From Isurus oxyrinchus (taxonomy: Eukaryota), in the NCBI GenBank assembly GCA_026770705.1, contig JANJGN010000035.1, positions 8,928,001-8,992,000 on the forward strand: 64,000 nucleotides of DNA, written 5' to 3'. Below, piece by piece: positions 1 through 13,294 of the stretch. The notes beneath the pieces were generated by a model that saw only the letters and a program-made list of their open reading frames with translations, searched no databases and was not told the origin of the DNA. The stretch's first letter is position 1; each line of letters opens with the position of its first letter. The translations under genes and the position numbers were made by a program.

Positions 1-2560
1 CCCAGTGACAGTGAAGTGATGGCTATATAATTCCCAGTGAAGATGGTGAGCGACATGGAGGGGAACTTCCAGCTCGAGCTGTTCCCAACTATTTGATGTA
101 CTTGCTCTTCTAGATGGTAGTGGCTGTGAGTTTGAAACGTGCTGTCGAATGAGCCATGGTGATTTCCTGCAGTGTATCTTATAGATGGTACACACTGCTG
201 CTGCTTTGCGTCGGTGGACGAGGGAGTATTTTTTTTTGGTGCCAATCATTCGAGCTGCTTTGCGCTTGAGAGTGTTAAGCTTCCTGACTCATAAGGGGAA
301 CTACATTGAACCAGATATTTTGGGAATAGTCAACCACACTACTGCCTTGTGCTTTTAAGATGGTGGCAGTCTATTTTAAGAGAGGAGGTTGCTTACTGTT
401 GCACAATTCCTAGCATCTGACCTGCTCTTGTAGCCAAAATATTAATAGGGCTATTCATGTTCAGTTTACAGTCAATGGTAACTAGCAGGAAGTTGATAGT
501 GAGGGATTCCTTGAAGGTAATGCAAATGAGTATCAATGCTTCGTGGTTACATTCTGTTTTTTTGGAGATTGTCATTCCCTGGCACTTCTGTGGCGCGAAC
601 GTTGCACGCAAATTATCTATCCAAGCCTGGATATTGTCCACGAATTGTTGCATTTCATGGTGGACTGTTTCAGTAGGCAAGAAAATGCGAAACGCACTGT
701 GTATAGTACAATCATCAATGGACATCTCCACTTCCGACGCTACGATGGAAAGAACATCATTGATGAAGCAGTTGCGGATATCTGGGCCCAGGGCACTACC
801 CTGAGGAAACTTCGCAGTGATGTCTTGCAGCTGAGATGACGGTCCTGCAACGTCCACAAACGCCGTCTATTATGTTAGGCATGACTCCAACCAGCCGAGA
901 TTTCCACCCCTCTGATTTCCGTTGGCTCTAGTTTTGTTCGGGCCCCTTGACGCCACACTCGGTCAAATGATGCATTCGTGATAAGGGCATTAACTCTCAC
1001 CTCGCCTCGGGAGATCAGCGATATGTCTCTGTTTGGACCAAGGCTCTAATTAGGTCACGACCTTTTTCTCCCTGGCGATCCCAGACTAGGCATCAGTAAG
1101 CAGGTTATGGCTCAGCAAGTGCTGCTTGACAGCAGTGCTGATGACCCTCCCATTACTTTGCTGATGATCGAGAGAGGCTGATAATTGGCTGCATTCGAAT
1201 TGTCCTGCCCTTTGTGTACACAATTATGCACATTGCCCGGTGGATGCCACTGTTGTAGCTGTACAGGGACAGCTTGGCTGGGTGCGTGGCAAGTTCTGGA
1301 GTACATCTCTTCAATATTATTATCAGAATGTTTTCAGGGCCCATTGCCTGCAGTTTTTTCTTGATATGACTTAGAGTGAACTTAATCCACTGAAGATTGG
1401 CATATGTGATTTTGGACACATCTGGAGGACAAAGAAATGATTCATCGACTGAGAACTCCCTCTATAAATTGTAGCAAATGATTCAGCGTAATCTTTTGTA
1501 CTCATGTGCTGGACCCCTCCATCATTGAGAATGCTGCTAATTGTGGAGCCTAAATTCCATTGCGTTGTTTGATTCTCAATCACCATTCAAGACTGGACGT
1601 GCCAGAACAGCAGAGCTTTCATCTGATCTGTTTATTGTAAAATCGCTTAGCTCTCCCTATCACTTCCTGCTCATGCTGTTTTGCACGCAGGTGGAGCTGT
1701 GATTTGACACACATTTTTAGGTACGCATGGTGCTGTTCCTCTCATTCCCTCCTGCATTATTTCTTGAACGAGGGCTGATTTCCCCGCTTGAATGTCATGG
1801 TGCAATGTTGGATACATCGTGCCATGAGGTTACAGATTGTGTTCAGGTACAATTTTTGTTGCTGCGGACTGCTGAAAGCACCTCACGAAAAGCCTTTGAC
1901 TTGCCTGGCCTGTTCGAAATCTCTCCCATTTGGCATGGTGGTCGTGCCCAAAACACGATGGAGGGTTATCCCCAATGTGCAGGCTGGAAATTGTCCTCAA
2001 AACATGCTCAGGTCATTTCTAATGATACTGTCATGGATAGATACGTCTGCGACAGGCAGATTGCTGAGAATGACGGCAAGTTTGCATTTCCATCACCACC
2101 TTTCACACACCGAGTCTTACATTGAGGACTCGGCAAGCTCTGTCAGCAGTGGTGCTACAGAGCCACCCAGAATATATCTGTGCCCTTGTCACCATCGCTG
2201 CTTACTCCATGTGGCGTTCAGCATGGAGGTGTACTCATTAACTGTTGGAGGGTGGCACATAGTAATCCGCAGGATGTTTCCATTGCCCATGCTTGACTTT
2301 GTGCCTGAAACCTCATGGGGTCGAGCGTCCAGTTTTTGCAAACTCAGGGAATCTCCCTAGTGTATGTGTGTTACTGCGCCACCATCACTGCTGGGCCTCT
2401 CCTTATGGTGGGAGAGGACATGCTCAGGGATGGTGATGGTGTCTCCTGGGACGTACTATGCAATCTACGATTCCATGAGGGCCCCTATGTCAGGCTGTTG
2501 ACTGACTATAGGGTGAGAGTGCGCTCCCAATTCTGGCACCAGTCTGAGATTCTGCCACCA
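1..2560 (-). mobile_element. Decayed LINE-B (CR1/L2-group non-LTR retrotransposon): endonuclease, RT and 3' tail
   Basis: Minus-strand ORFs give RT motifs (FPQGSALGP...FIND...DDCT; NAANYQPLSIISKVM; GPENI..ILKRCTPELA). The 3' tail lies near 1-290, and an EN start (QQPDI-like) lies near 2500. Confidence 0.85.
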
Positions 2561-2819
2561 GATGCGGTTGAGAAATTCGCCCAATCAAGTTTGTCATTAA
2601 AAAAACGAGTTTCACACCTGAAGTGATTCACACCTTGAAGGCGTATTATTGCCCTCTGCACATTTGTTAATTGTCTCAATCAGCATTTAAAAGGACACTT
2701 AAATGACGTGGGTGGGTTCACGATCTTTTTACCAATCATGCCATGGTATTAACTAAAACAAGCGTGATGACACCGGGAGCACCCCCCGACGTCATCACGC
2801 CCCTCAATCATAAGGACAC

Positions 2820-3270
2820 AAAAGGGGACGTTCGCTGATGATTGCGCCATTTTGAGCACCGTTCACGAATCCTCTGATACTGAAGCAGTCCATTTCCAAA
2901 TCCTGCAAGGGCTGAACAATTTGCAGCCCAGATTGAAAAGTGACAAGTAACTTTAGAGCCAAACAAGTGTCAGGCATTGTCCATCTCCAAAAATGAAGAA
3001 TCTACCCATCAGTCCTTGACATTGAATGGCAGTTCTAACGCTGAATCCACGAACTATCATAATCCTGGGTGTTACCATTGACCCCACAAACGGTTCTGCA
3101 CGTTTCATTGAAATATAGTGGTCACAAACGAAGGTTAGAAGCTAGGGATGCTGCGACGAGTAAGTCACCTCAACATCTCCTACGTGGCACATGTCAGGAT
3201 TGTAATGGAATGTGCTCCGCTTCCCTAAATGAGTGCAGCTCCAAAAACGAGTCAATGAAACGAAATAAAA
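2820..3270 (+). mobile_element. LINE-B RT C-terminal fragment
   Basis: Reads GTFADDCAI, followed by sequence matching the LINE-B copies at 15250-15700 and 27330-27750. Confidence 0.75.
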
Positions 3271-3353
3271 ACAACATTATCAGAATCAGGACCTGTGTGT
3301 GAGTTCATTGGGGGAGCTGCAGTTATTTTATTTTTACCTTGTATGTTTGTTAG

Positions 3354-3600
3354 CTGCCCACGATACAATTTGACGTAATGCAGAGGGAAAATAATCTAAA
3401 TTGTTATGGCGTCCACAATGTACCCAATTGCAGACCTGTGTCTAAAATTAGACACATATCCACAGGAGGTATTGGAGACAATGGCATGATATTATCATAT
3501 AAACATACAGCTTTGGTAATGTCCTTGTTCACATTGCTGAAATGTATTGTCGCCTTGGGATCTACTTTTAAAGTTGAAATTATATAATGGAGTTTCTGGA
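3354..3600 (+). pseudogene. Degenerate CARD-like exon, half A
   Basis: Acceptor tgtttgttag ends at 3353. 3424-3501 reads PIADLCLKLDTYPQEVLETMA*YYH, matching the half-A pattern. Confidence 0.45.
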
Positions 3601-3653
3601 GTATTTATTGATCCCTCAAGCAATGAAAACAATATGCATGTGTACCATTTCAG

Positions 3654-3990
3654 TGAAAAGGCGTCGACCAACAGGAAAGCATGGATCAAGTATTTTTTTT
3701 CCCGCTCCACGACATACCTGGCACCATTGTCCCTATTGGCAAGTTTTATCATTTCGAACACAGCTACGGAACATCTCACTGATATTATGGAAATGGACAT
3801 GACAAATATTTCACTCATCTGGGCGGTATGGATCTATTATTTGACAGAGAAATGTAGTGCCAGAGTTAGCTCAGTAGTTTGTCCGTGCAATTAGTAGGAT
3901 TGTTTCATAATGTATGCCTCAGTAAATCTTCAATATACGACCTGGAGTTTAGAAGAATAGAAGGTTAAGGTCTCCGCTTTGCAAGGTTAT
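3654..3990 (+). pseudogene. Degenerate CARD-like exon, whole unit
   Basis: Acceptor ccatttcag ends at 3653. Reads IKYFFSRSTTYL...EHLTDIMEMDMTNISLIWAVWIYYLTEKCSARVSSVVCPCN**DCFIMY...TTWSLEE. Confidence 0.5.
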
Positions 3991-4029
3991 GAATGGTCAT
4001 GAAATAATGAATGTTAAATTTTGAGGTCG

Positions 4030-4710
4030 ATGCTTCCCTGCCGGTGTTTTCCGTTAGGTGGGATGGTGGGGATCGGTGACTGAAATAGGATAAATTAACC
4101 ACACATTGTGTTCCCTCTGGCCCGAACTCTCAACGTTTTTCAACAAAGGAGCAGGTCATGGCCTCGGGCAGGCCCACCGCTCTTCCACAGTTGAAGTCCT
4201 TAAGTGGCCAATTAGTAGCTAATTAGGAGCCGCTTCCACCTCAGATTCAAATATTAGGCTGGTGGGAGCATTTCTCCAGTGTGAATGCAGCCCGTAAATC
4301 ATCAGGTTTAGGCCTTGGGCAAAAAGTGGGCGCCACTTTCTGAAGCCGCCTTCTAACATTGGATGCAACACCCGCTAACTTGTGTTCCAGTGGATTTTCT
4401 ATTACCGTATTCACTTGCCAACCATCTATCTTTTACCGGCATCTCCCCCGACTACCCGATCACCTGCTATGCACTCCTGAAGTCTTCAGTACCCTCTCTG
4501 CCCTGAGGTCCCGAACGCTAAACCTTCCAGCCATTCGTGGGACTTAAGCTCTGAGGTCCTCATGAACTTCTTGTTCTGCGCATTGCAGTTTCTGTCAATG
4601 CAGGGACTGAAGAGCTGTTATCCAAACCACTTGGCTGGCAGCTCAATAAAGCGGATCTTCTGCTCGGGTGAGGGGCATAAGCCCCTCTGCAGGCAATTGA
4701 CGATTGAACA
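4030..4710. mobile_element. GC-richer non-coding repeat, probably a non-autonomous DNA-transposon relic
   Basis: The cttaagtggccaatt-type motif is shared with 24630-24880. No coding potential seen. Confidence 0.4.
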
Positions 4711-6138
4711 TGAAAAATAGAAAAGAACACAATACTTTGCTGCCATCCATACAAATCATTTGCATGTGTTACCTGTTCTTTTCCAAACCAAGGAATCTTC
4801 TGCTTCGCAATTTAAAGGTCTTTGGCTTGTTAGTTTCATTACATACTTTTCTGATCTCACAACTTTAGCCATTGGCACAGAAGCACCATAGACATCCTGT
4901 TTTATATACTTTCTTTTACATCAACAATCGCAGTAAATAGGTTTTCCTACACCATTACCACAAATTGTGGTGCGTTGTTGTCCTAATCACATCTGTAGTT
5001 CTGCAATAAAAGCAGCATTGTGAAATACAGTTACCGACATGAAACCATCTTGAACTGCCCATTTACTCCGAAAACCCCCTCCCCTTCTCTGCGCACCTTA
5101 CATGGCAAGTAACCAGATGCAACTTATATTATTTTGCATGCTAGACTTCCGACATTCAAGACCCTACATAGGCATTCCAGGTGAAAAAACAATTAATTTG
5201 AACTTTAAATATAACTCTCCGTTACAAGCCACTCTCGTATATTTTGTGCTCACATCTGGTCTGTTCAACAACTGGAGAACAAACCTGAATTGGTTCCAGG
5301 CTTTCTGAACACGTCCATTCAGTTTGCAAAAGTGACGTTGAGCTTCCAGTTTTCTGTGATTTCATGTTCTATCCTGGTCGCCCGTTGAATGTGTCATCGA
5401 TGGCATACACTGTCCTCCTGCTTCCAAATATATGTTCAGCAACTGCATCCGATCATGCTATTAAGCAATTTACATGGTTCCCAACATAGCATCGAGATTT
5501 ATATTTTCACATCATAAACTCAACCTCAGTACTTTGGAATAGGAACTGTAGTAATTATTGTGGCTTTTCCACTAACACTACCTCTGAACCCATTGTTTGC
5601 TAAGCTAGCGGTATTCCATCATCACCTCATTTCAACCTGCACCATCATCATATTTGCCAATTTTTCTTTCCTGCCACAACTTCCCACAGATCAATGCTTT
5701 TGGATTCCCCTGCCACCACATCCTCCCTTCAGTACAAGCATAAAGTTTGTCAAATAAATAAAAGTTTCCAGTTCTGTGAGAGGATACTTAAATCAATATT
5801 CTCTCACCGCAAATGCCACTGATGTCCGGACTGCTTTCAGCATTTCATATTTTCACCATGTATTGCAATTAAACTGGAACTGTTTCAGCACACAATGTTC
5901 AAGGACCTTTGTTCTGTCTGTCCTCCGTATAGCGCTTATCTGTTAATGTGTGCAGCACTGTGATGTAATTACCCCTGGCGTGTTTAGTAGCTCAATATCG
6001 TTGGAGCACCATTCTGTGGAAGAGGCATGGCGTCACTAAGCAGCACTGGCCTAAGCTGAGGGGAGTTGATCTGAATGTTAAATGTAAATTAACAGAGGTT
6101 ATTTTAGTTTATGCATGACATATCTTGTACATTTGCAG

Positions 6139-6290
6139 GAAAATAAAAACATTTCGATCTGCAAATTTGGAAAGATACGCTGTCGCTAAATCTTACTGAA
6201 TGTGAACTGAGAGTGTTTATTCGGACAGTTTGTAGGAATCTGACCTTTATACGTGCCATCTAGTTTTCCTGGAGTGCTTTGTTGTTTGAA
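6139..6290 (+). pseudogene. Degenerate CARD-like exon, half B
   Basis: Acceptor acatttgcag ends at 6138. Phase-0 reading is ENKNISICKFGKIRCR*ILLNVN*E...VGI*PLY...FP. Truncated by the SINE at 6291. Confidence 0.5.
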
Positions 6291-6590
6291 GGGGGTTGTG
6301 TGGCGCAATGGTAGCATCTCTTCCGTTCAGCCAGATGGGTCCGCCTTCATGCCTTGCTTCGGGACTCGTTGGCTATGGAAGCAATAATGTTAATATCGTG
6401 GCCAGGCAGGGTGATCATCAGTCTACAAATAATTCTAGTGTTAATGAATACTGGCTTTAAAAAGCGGGAGAATTTCCTTGTCAGTATGACTGCCGAAGGC
6501 AACTGAAAACCATTGCAGTATTTTGCAAACATAATCGTGGATTAATCAAGTGGGAGTTCATCGTCACGTTGGACATTAAGGAGGAATGAT
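6291..6590 (+). mobile_element. tRNA-headed SINE-like element, possibly with an RTE-like 3' part
   Basis: A-box tggcgcaatgg at 6301. The 3' part (aaaaccattgcagtattttgc...) resembles RTE-derived SINE segments. Confidence 0.45.
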
Positions 6591-6665
6591 CTTTGGACTG
6601 TGTAAATGCCGATATATTCTCTACCAAATCCATATTTTACCCGATATGGTAACACTTGGTTGCAG

Positions 6666-7290
6666 ATTTGTTCAGCTCTTAGTAGTGTGTGTGATGAGAT
6701 GCTCGAATTATCTCTATACTCTGAATATGGTGGTGAGAAAGAAAAACTTCACATATTTTGAGTATAGGATAATTGTTTCCTATTTTACCTCGGCAGTTGC
6801 AGTGCAGTAGCCTTACTTTCTTTCAGGGGCATTCAATTTTATTTGTTTACTTTTCACTGTCATGGTCTCATGTAATGCGAAAGGTTAGGAAGGAACTAGA
6901 ATGTCTCGTACTTCATTTAACCTGGAAGAGATCAGCCTTCACCGCAATTAAACACAATAGCATGTGGACATAATATTGAATTGCATAAAAAAGAAAATGT
7001 GTGAAAGTTACTCCTCATGTATTGCGGGTCTGTCGAACATGTAACCTTGTTCATTTCTCTTATTGCAAGTGGTGCGTATCAATCATTTGGAACTGGCTAA
7101 CTAGAGGCAGTTATCTCATGGCTCTGATAATACTGATTGGCTTCATGTTCGTCTCGATGATGCTTACAACGCATTGCTACAGGTATATGCTATCCCCGTT
7201 TATCCGGCTACTGACAACAATTACACGACTTGTCATGTTCAAGAAGCATGCATTGTTACTCAGAAAGAATTTATTGAAGACACAAGAGGC
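6666..7290 (+). pseudogene. Degenerate CARD-like unit: half A 6666-~6870, half B 7070-~7290
   Basis: Acceptors end at 6665 and 7069. Half A reads VCVMRCSNYLYTLNMVV. Half B reads INHLELAN/RGSYLMALIILIGFMF...CYRYMLSPFIRLLTTITRL. Confidence 0.6.
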
Positions 7291-7499
7291 TTTCAGAAGA
7301 TGTGGAAGGAGAAAAGGACATCACAATCAGTGATACTGTTAAAACGATAGAACGGCAATAATACACTGAGTCCAGATGGAAGAAAGGGAAGATGAGAGAC
7401 TGGGTTCTTATTAGAGATTGCTGCCATGAGAAACTGGGAAAAAGTTAAAAAAATAAATAGGACGAGAGATATAAAGACTAAGAGACAGATGTAGGAAAT

Positions 7500-7605
7500 G
7501 GAGCATACGGTTCGACAGAGAATGGAGACAGAAAGAGAGAGATAGGACTACATAGAGACAAGGGGGAGAGAGAGAGAGAGAGAGAGAGGGAGTCCGCGAG
7601 AGAGT
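7500..7605. repeat. GA-rich simple repeat with a (GA)n core at ~7566-7587
   Basis: Directly visible in the sequence. Confidence 0.9.
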
Positions 7606-7696
7606 CACTGGCTGAAATAGAAAATGATCGCTTCTATGTATGCAAAAAGAGTACAGTTACACTAAAACCTTACTTTTCAAACGGAACAGAGATTGT

Positions 7697-8043
7697 TTTT
7701 TTTTTCATGCATGGGATGCGTAAGAATATTTTCCCCTTCCTATTTGCCCTTGCTTTGAGGGAATTTAAGAGTCAACCATATTGCTTTACCTGGAGTCACA
7801 TGTAAGCCAGACCAGGTAAGGGCGGCAGATTTCCTCCCCAAAAGAGCATTAGTGTAGCCAATATTTTTTTTCAACAAAAATTTACAATGACTTTATGTTC
7901 TTCGTTAGAATTTTAATTCCAGGTGATTATTGAATTAGAATTGCAACAGCTGCTTCAGCAGAGATTTGAACCCAGTTCCCTATAGCATTACCCTGGGCCC
8001 TGGTTAATGGTCTATCAACAATATAAGTAGGCCACCGCCTCTT
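7697..8043 (-). mobile_element. tRNA-headed short element ending in the LINE-B 3' tail
   Basis: On the minus strand: B-box ggttcaaatc, a ggaaatctgcc...tggtctggcttacatgtgactccag body, the LINE-B-like tail and poly-A. Confidence 0.8.
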
Positions 8044-8238
8044 CCCTTATCCCGATCAATAAATGTAGGGTTTATCATCAAATTGGAAATATTCGTTACA
8101 GTATTGACTTTGGAGAATGTCTGCAGATTCAGATTGACAGGTCTGAAATAGTAACTGGTTATGAATGAGGATAATGAGGAACTGCTCATCTTTGCTCAGT
8201 ACCCAGGTCTGTTCTTAATATCTGTGTCTATATTTCAG

Positions 8239-8660
8239 AATTCAACCCACCCTAGGGAGGAAAGAGAAAAAACCATTGGGAGCAAATTGTGATTACGTCC
8301 AACGTGTTGTGGTTGAGAAAAAGGTCACTGTCTGTTATTGCCCTTTTACTTCCCTGACTCGAAGTATGCTTCTTGTCTTCTCATATCCACTGCTGCTTTT
8401 ATTCCAACACAATCATATTCACATGTGTACATCTCCACAATGTATTTCACGATATATTGCATTTACATAATTCATTTTATAAAACTTTTTTTTTTTTGCA
8501 GGTGCAGCTCTATGGGATGTATCTCTATCAGTGTGACTCGGAACAGGAATTATGCTAATGCATTAATAGAAATAGCCTGCGTGGAGGAAATAGCATTGTG
8601 TAGTGCCTAACCATGATAATGTATGACACGTGGTGATGTAAACGAACATTGTCTTCCAAT
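8239..8660 (+). pseudogene. Degenerate CARD-like unit: half A 8239-~8440, half B 8502-~8660
   Basis: Strong acceptors tatttcag (8238) and ttttttgcag (8501). Half A reads LGANCDYVQ...KVTVCYCP...LLLLFQHNHI. Half B reads RNRNYANALIEIA/LRGGNSIV. Confidence 0.55.
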
Positions 8661-9294
8661 AAACTGAGATAACCTAGTTTGACTGCTCATTTCTTCTGGA
8701 AGATGCATTATTTATCTCCAGCCTTCTCTTATTACGCCCATGATATTGCAAGCACCCAATATGTCACAATCAAACATTCCAGTGGCTTGGTCAATTTCAT
8801 GTAACTCATATCAAAAATATGAGTTTTCTTCACGTAATCTTCACGTACCACACGCAACCCTGGTTATTGTACTTTGGAGCCTACAATTTTGATCTCAATT
8901 AATCATCACAAAGTGATGCACTTCACTTTTTAATTTGATAACTTGAGCGGCATGTATTTTCTTCCATTACATTTTGCCAGAATGCAATCACAAGCCCCCT
9001 GAAAGATTATTTTAACGTTGTATTGCAAAACCCCTAATCGATTGATAAAACATTTGTTTCAGTGTTGTAATACTAGATACTGTGAATTCTTCCTCTCCGA
9101 TTTTTATGTAGGTAAGACTCCACAGGGTTCCCAGGTTTGAACTCCAAATTTAGCTATAGCATGTTAACAAATGTTCCTGGAGGAAGATGATGAGGGCATT
9201 CATAATCTACAATGCTACTGAATGTCAAGGGGGCTGGTTCGATTCTTTAATTTTTGGCAATGCTCACTCACGTCTTGCCAATGTGATTGTCATT

Positions 9295-9610
9295 TTTTTT
9301 TTTGGCCAGCATTTATTGCCCGCCCCTAAGTGCTGTTGTTCAGATGAAATTTAAGAGTCAACAACATTGCTCTGGGTTTGGTTCACATGTAGGTCAGACC
9401 AAGTGAGAACAGAGGTTTTCCTTCCCTAAAGGTGCATTAGTGTAGCAGGTGCTGTTGTTTTTCTCCATAAAACAATAATTAAATGGTCATAAACATTTAT
9501 CATTTAATTCAAAATTTCGATTGAATTCAACGTCCACAATCTGCCGTGATCATTACGCTGGGACTTTGATAACAAGTCCATTGACAATAACATTACACCA
9601 TTGCCTTCCA
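9295..9610 (-). mobile_element. tRNA-headed short element, same family as 7697-8043
   Basis: Same body and tail as 7697-8043, with A-box tggtgtaatg on the minus strand. Confidence 0.75.
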
Positions 9611-9619
9611 AACAGCCTA

Positions 9620-10600
9620 AGACTGAACGATTTCCCGTCTTGATGTATAGGGACATGGATTCTGTCAGTATTGAGGATGTGAGAAAGCTGATGAACATTG
9701 TGCATTCATCAGCGAAATGCCCAACTTCTGAGATTATAATGGTACAACTGAATGCTGATCAGCCTAGAAAATTACTCTGAGGAACTCCTGCAGTGATGCC
9801 CCTTGACTGCAATGATTGTCGACCATCAATCGCAGCCATCATTCCTTCTGTTGGTCAGTGTACTAAAAAGTATCACCATAAAAAGTTGAGAGTTTCCTCC
9901 CATCCCGTTTGACATCAAAATTCCTAGGAGTCCTTGATGCCAAAATTGTCCATCTGTGCTCTTTCAGCAAAACCTTTGAGTTCAGCCCTTTTGTCCATGT
10001 TTGAACTAACGCTGTGAATTTAAAGGAGCTGCTTGGATCTGCTGAAACCCAAACTGATTGGAAGTGAGCAGGCTATTGTTGAGTAAATGCCGGTCGATAG
10101 CACTGCTGGCAGCACTTTCTAAAACTTTGATGTTGATCAACATCAGGAAAATTGGTGGATAATTGGCTTGGATAGAATTTTCCTTTACTTCCTTTTTGAA
10201 TAGGAGTCAGCTGCTGAATTTTCGTCATTGCTTGGTGGGTGCCCGTTTTTATTCTGCACTGCAATGGCATGGCTGCACCTACTTCTGGGCCGCAAATGTT
10301 TTGCAGCATTCCAGGAATGTTGTCAGACTCCATAGCCTTTGCAGTATACAATCCCTTCTGACATTTTCTTATAGTATGTGGCTTGAATCGAATTGGCTGA
10401 TGGCTAGAATTTCTGGTGTTTTGCACCTCCGGAGGGTGCCGAGGTGAATCCTGTACATTGCACCTCTAGCTGAAGATGTTTGCAATGCTTCAGCCTTTTC
10501 TTTTGCATTGAATTGGTCGGCCTTTCCATCACTAATAATGAATTGTGCCTCCAATTTGTTCTGTCCAACATAGCTGAGCGGGCCACAAGAGGTCAAAAAA
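9620..10600 (-). mobile_element. LINE-B RT fragment
   Basis: ORF 10073..10426 contains KAMESDNIPGMLQNICGPE, and the DNA matches other LINE-B copies. Confidence 0.75.
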
Positions 10601-10669
10601 CCACTCTGAACATGCACGTTAGAAACGGGTTATATGCGAAATTGCTAAGAAGGTAGTCTATTTATTATT

Positions 10670-11050
10670 GTATTCCTCATGCACTTTGGCATTAACCGGG
10701 AAAACTGTGAGATGTAATGCTCACCATCCAGAATCCCGATGTATTGTTACTTTGCGTAGGCATTTGCGAGGATGTGGATATAATATGAAGCTCCAAACTC
10801 ACTGCACAGGTTGGCAAAAAAAAAACATGAACCATCTCAAGCACCTGACAGGTTACCGAATCGCTTTGAAAATCTACACAGACGTGGCAGGAATTTGATA
10901 CACTGTGAAAACTCATAGAAACCTGGCAATATTCCCATGGAATACACAACTCCATATACAGCTGAGAGGATCGAAATATATTGAACCGTCCCATCAACAG
11001 TTGGAAATTTCCAAGGCCATTTAAAACATCCACAAAATGCAGTGATTTAG
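10670..11050 (+). pseudogene. Degenerate CARD-like unit
   Basis: Reads TVRCNAHH...IVTLRRHLRGC (half A), then VTESL*...KLIETWQY...WKFPR (half B). Confidence 0.35.
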
Positions 11051-11599
11051 ATACCAAACCTAAATTTACATATAGACATGATACGATAGGGACGTTATTG
11101 ATATTCCCAGGAGCATCTGTTTAATTTCCATTACGCCCCTCTTAGGCTCTCAAGTGATCTGGGTGCATCGTTAACGAGGAGTTCTTCCAGGTTAATTAAT
11201 ATTACAGGTTCGCAATCACATGGATCACCATGAATTTTGGAGAAAATGGTAGAAACATTACAAATATTATTACAAAATATTATTACAAATATACACGATC
11301 TGTTGTGATAGTGCAGAACGAAGGATTAGAAATGTCTTTATAGTCCGGAGAAGTTATACAAATCATAGCACAAAAGCACCGTACTCCAGAGAGTAATGGG
11401 GATGGGGGCAGGGCTGGGGGTTAGGGGGAGGAGAACATTCAGGTTGACTGTGAATTTGATAGCTAGCTTTTTAATAAATCCCGGATTTTAAAGACAAATT
11501 AACATTTAATGGAACATTTTTTTTTGTTTCATTGTGAAACCTAAGTGAGAGAATTAAAATCCCCAAATGAAATACGGAATGCAATTATTGGGGTAACGG

Positions 11600-12250
11600 C
11601 CCATTTGAATTCATTATCTTTTGCTTAGAAGTAAGCTGGAATAAGTGCAGATTTGTTCACTTTTTGAAACCGAGTAAGTCATTCGGCCGGACTTTGAATA
11701 ACATGTAAAGGTACTAGGCAAGCTGGAGAGTCCATTTGCAACATTTTTTACAGAGATGATTGACTTCAGATATGTAAATAGGTTAGACAACCCGGGTCTG
11801 CCCGCGTTCGAAAAAATATCTTGAAAGATAAATTGAAGAAGGGTTAATATCATGAGGGGTCTGGAAAGGGAAACGCTGCCGTCATTGTTCGAACTGATCA
11901 ATAGGGCAATACCTTTAATTCTGGCGGAGGTATTAAGGACCAAACGGCGATTTTTATCTGTGCACGGTAAACGGCCTGAATGGCAGACGAGGAGAATGTA
12001 TTTTGCTTGTATTTATATGCAGCACATACCTAGACGCTGGAAAGCACTGCCTTAGAATGCACAGCGGTTGATATCAACCAGCTTTTCAAAAGAGAACTGG
12101 ATAATTAAATGAGAAGAAGATCAAATGCAAAGCGACAGGAAAACGTCAGCCGAGTCCAACCAGCTGCGGTGCTAGGGTTAACAAATAAAAGTGGACCCAA
12201 TGGAGTCGTTTTTTTTTGGTCTAAACATTCGATGGCGCTATGATTCCTTG
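11600..12250 (+). mobile_element. Old CR1 3' end
   Basis: WKALP...FKRELD motif, followed by a CR1-type tail ending in tgattc. Confidence 0.65.
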
Positions 12251-12279
12251 AGATGCTATAATTGCACCTTGCGGGAAAT

Positions 12280-12620
12280 GAATCTTCATTCTGGAACCCA
12301 AGCTGAGCGAAACATGATTAGGATGATAAAACCATTTAGCCTGCATAAGCCGGCCTTCTCACGGGAAAGACTATGGAAATGTTCAGGTTATTATTTACGA
12401 TTCGTTTTTAGCTTTAGTGCAATAATCACGGAATCATATTGCATTGATCAATTCACCCAGTAGTATAATCTGCCCAGTGGTAACCAATGCAAAACACTCA
12501 TAGACCATGTGAAGAGACCGTTGTTTCCTGTCAAATCCTTTACTGTAAAATGAGAAACACTATATGGCCTGTAGCCAAGCAATGTTATATCTTTACAGCC
12601 TAATAGCAGATCAATGAGCC
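12280..12620 (+). pseudogene. Degenerate CARD-like unit
   Basis: One frame reads NMIRMIKPFSLHKPAFSRERL...FVFSFSAIITE...Q*YNLPSGNQCKTLIDHVKR...ETLYGL. Confidence 0.5.
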
Positions 12621-12978
12621 AAAGCAGCCAACAATGAGCATTCCTAACCTGTGACCATCATAATCACTGTAATATAAAACCTATTGGTTCTACTTATAGC
12701 GATGGTCCAGAAGGGAGTTAGAAATTCCATTGTATAAAACCATCAATGAGAAATATTCAGCCTCGTTTCTAAAATTCGCTCAGCCCTTTTAACTTGTGGT
12801 TCTGTAAAAAAAAAACACAGCAAAAAAAGTCATTTTCTTTAACAAAATATGTTTGTGTCTGAAAGCTGACAGTTAATTTTTGTAAGCGGTTTTGTAGCAT
12901 GTGTAGTTGTTGTGAGATTACGTCCTTATGCACACGTGTTACTTGAATGCATCGACCATGTCTATCTTGTCTCCGCAG

Positions 12979-13294
12979 AGTTATGCTCTGCTTATCCTAA
13001 TGTACTGTTTGTTTTTACACATATTTTCAAGTTACTGATAATTTGCAATGTCTCCAAGACAATACCTGCCACAGGAACTATAAATTAATTTAATGAACAT
13101 ACGCCCAGCACTGGAAGCTACTAGCAAGATGCAGCAATAAAGCTTTTCCCATGAGGAAAACATATTGATAGTTGCCATCCATAATGATAATTCCAATTTA
13201 TATCGTCATATTAATAAGGCATTTGGAACAGTGTGTACATGTGTTAAGTCATTCGATTCCCAACATCGCAACATCTCAAATAAGTGAACTAAAA
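12979..13294 (+). pseudogene. Degenerate CARD-like exon, whole unit
   Basis: Acceptor cttgtctccgcag (12978) and candidate donor gtaaat (13295). Reads NVLFVFTHIFKLLIICNV/RQYLPQEL*INLMNIRPAL.../IKLFP*GKHIDSC...GIWNSVY/LSHSIPNI...ISELK. Confidence 0.6.

Noticed and set aside
5145-5310. Additional possible CARD-like halves (also ~8800-8900, 21014-21450, 39970-40130, 44860-45100)
   Set aside because: They have partial motif matches but are too degenerate to list as features without an HMM.
7118-8558. Small secreted-peptide gene model MALIILIGFMFVSMMLTTHCYR-IQPTLG...-VQLYGMYLYQCDSEQELC (3 exons in phase)
   Set aside because: The donors are weak, there is no recognisable family, and the same segments are better explained as parts of CARD-like units.
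7110-13075. Caspase-like snippets LSHG (7111) and LIICN...IP..TG (~13035); the latter is also faintly like a hAT dimerisation motif
   Set aside because: The two motifs are in the wrong order for a caspase, no QACRG was found, and the matches are short enough to be chance.
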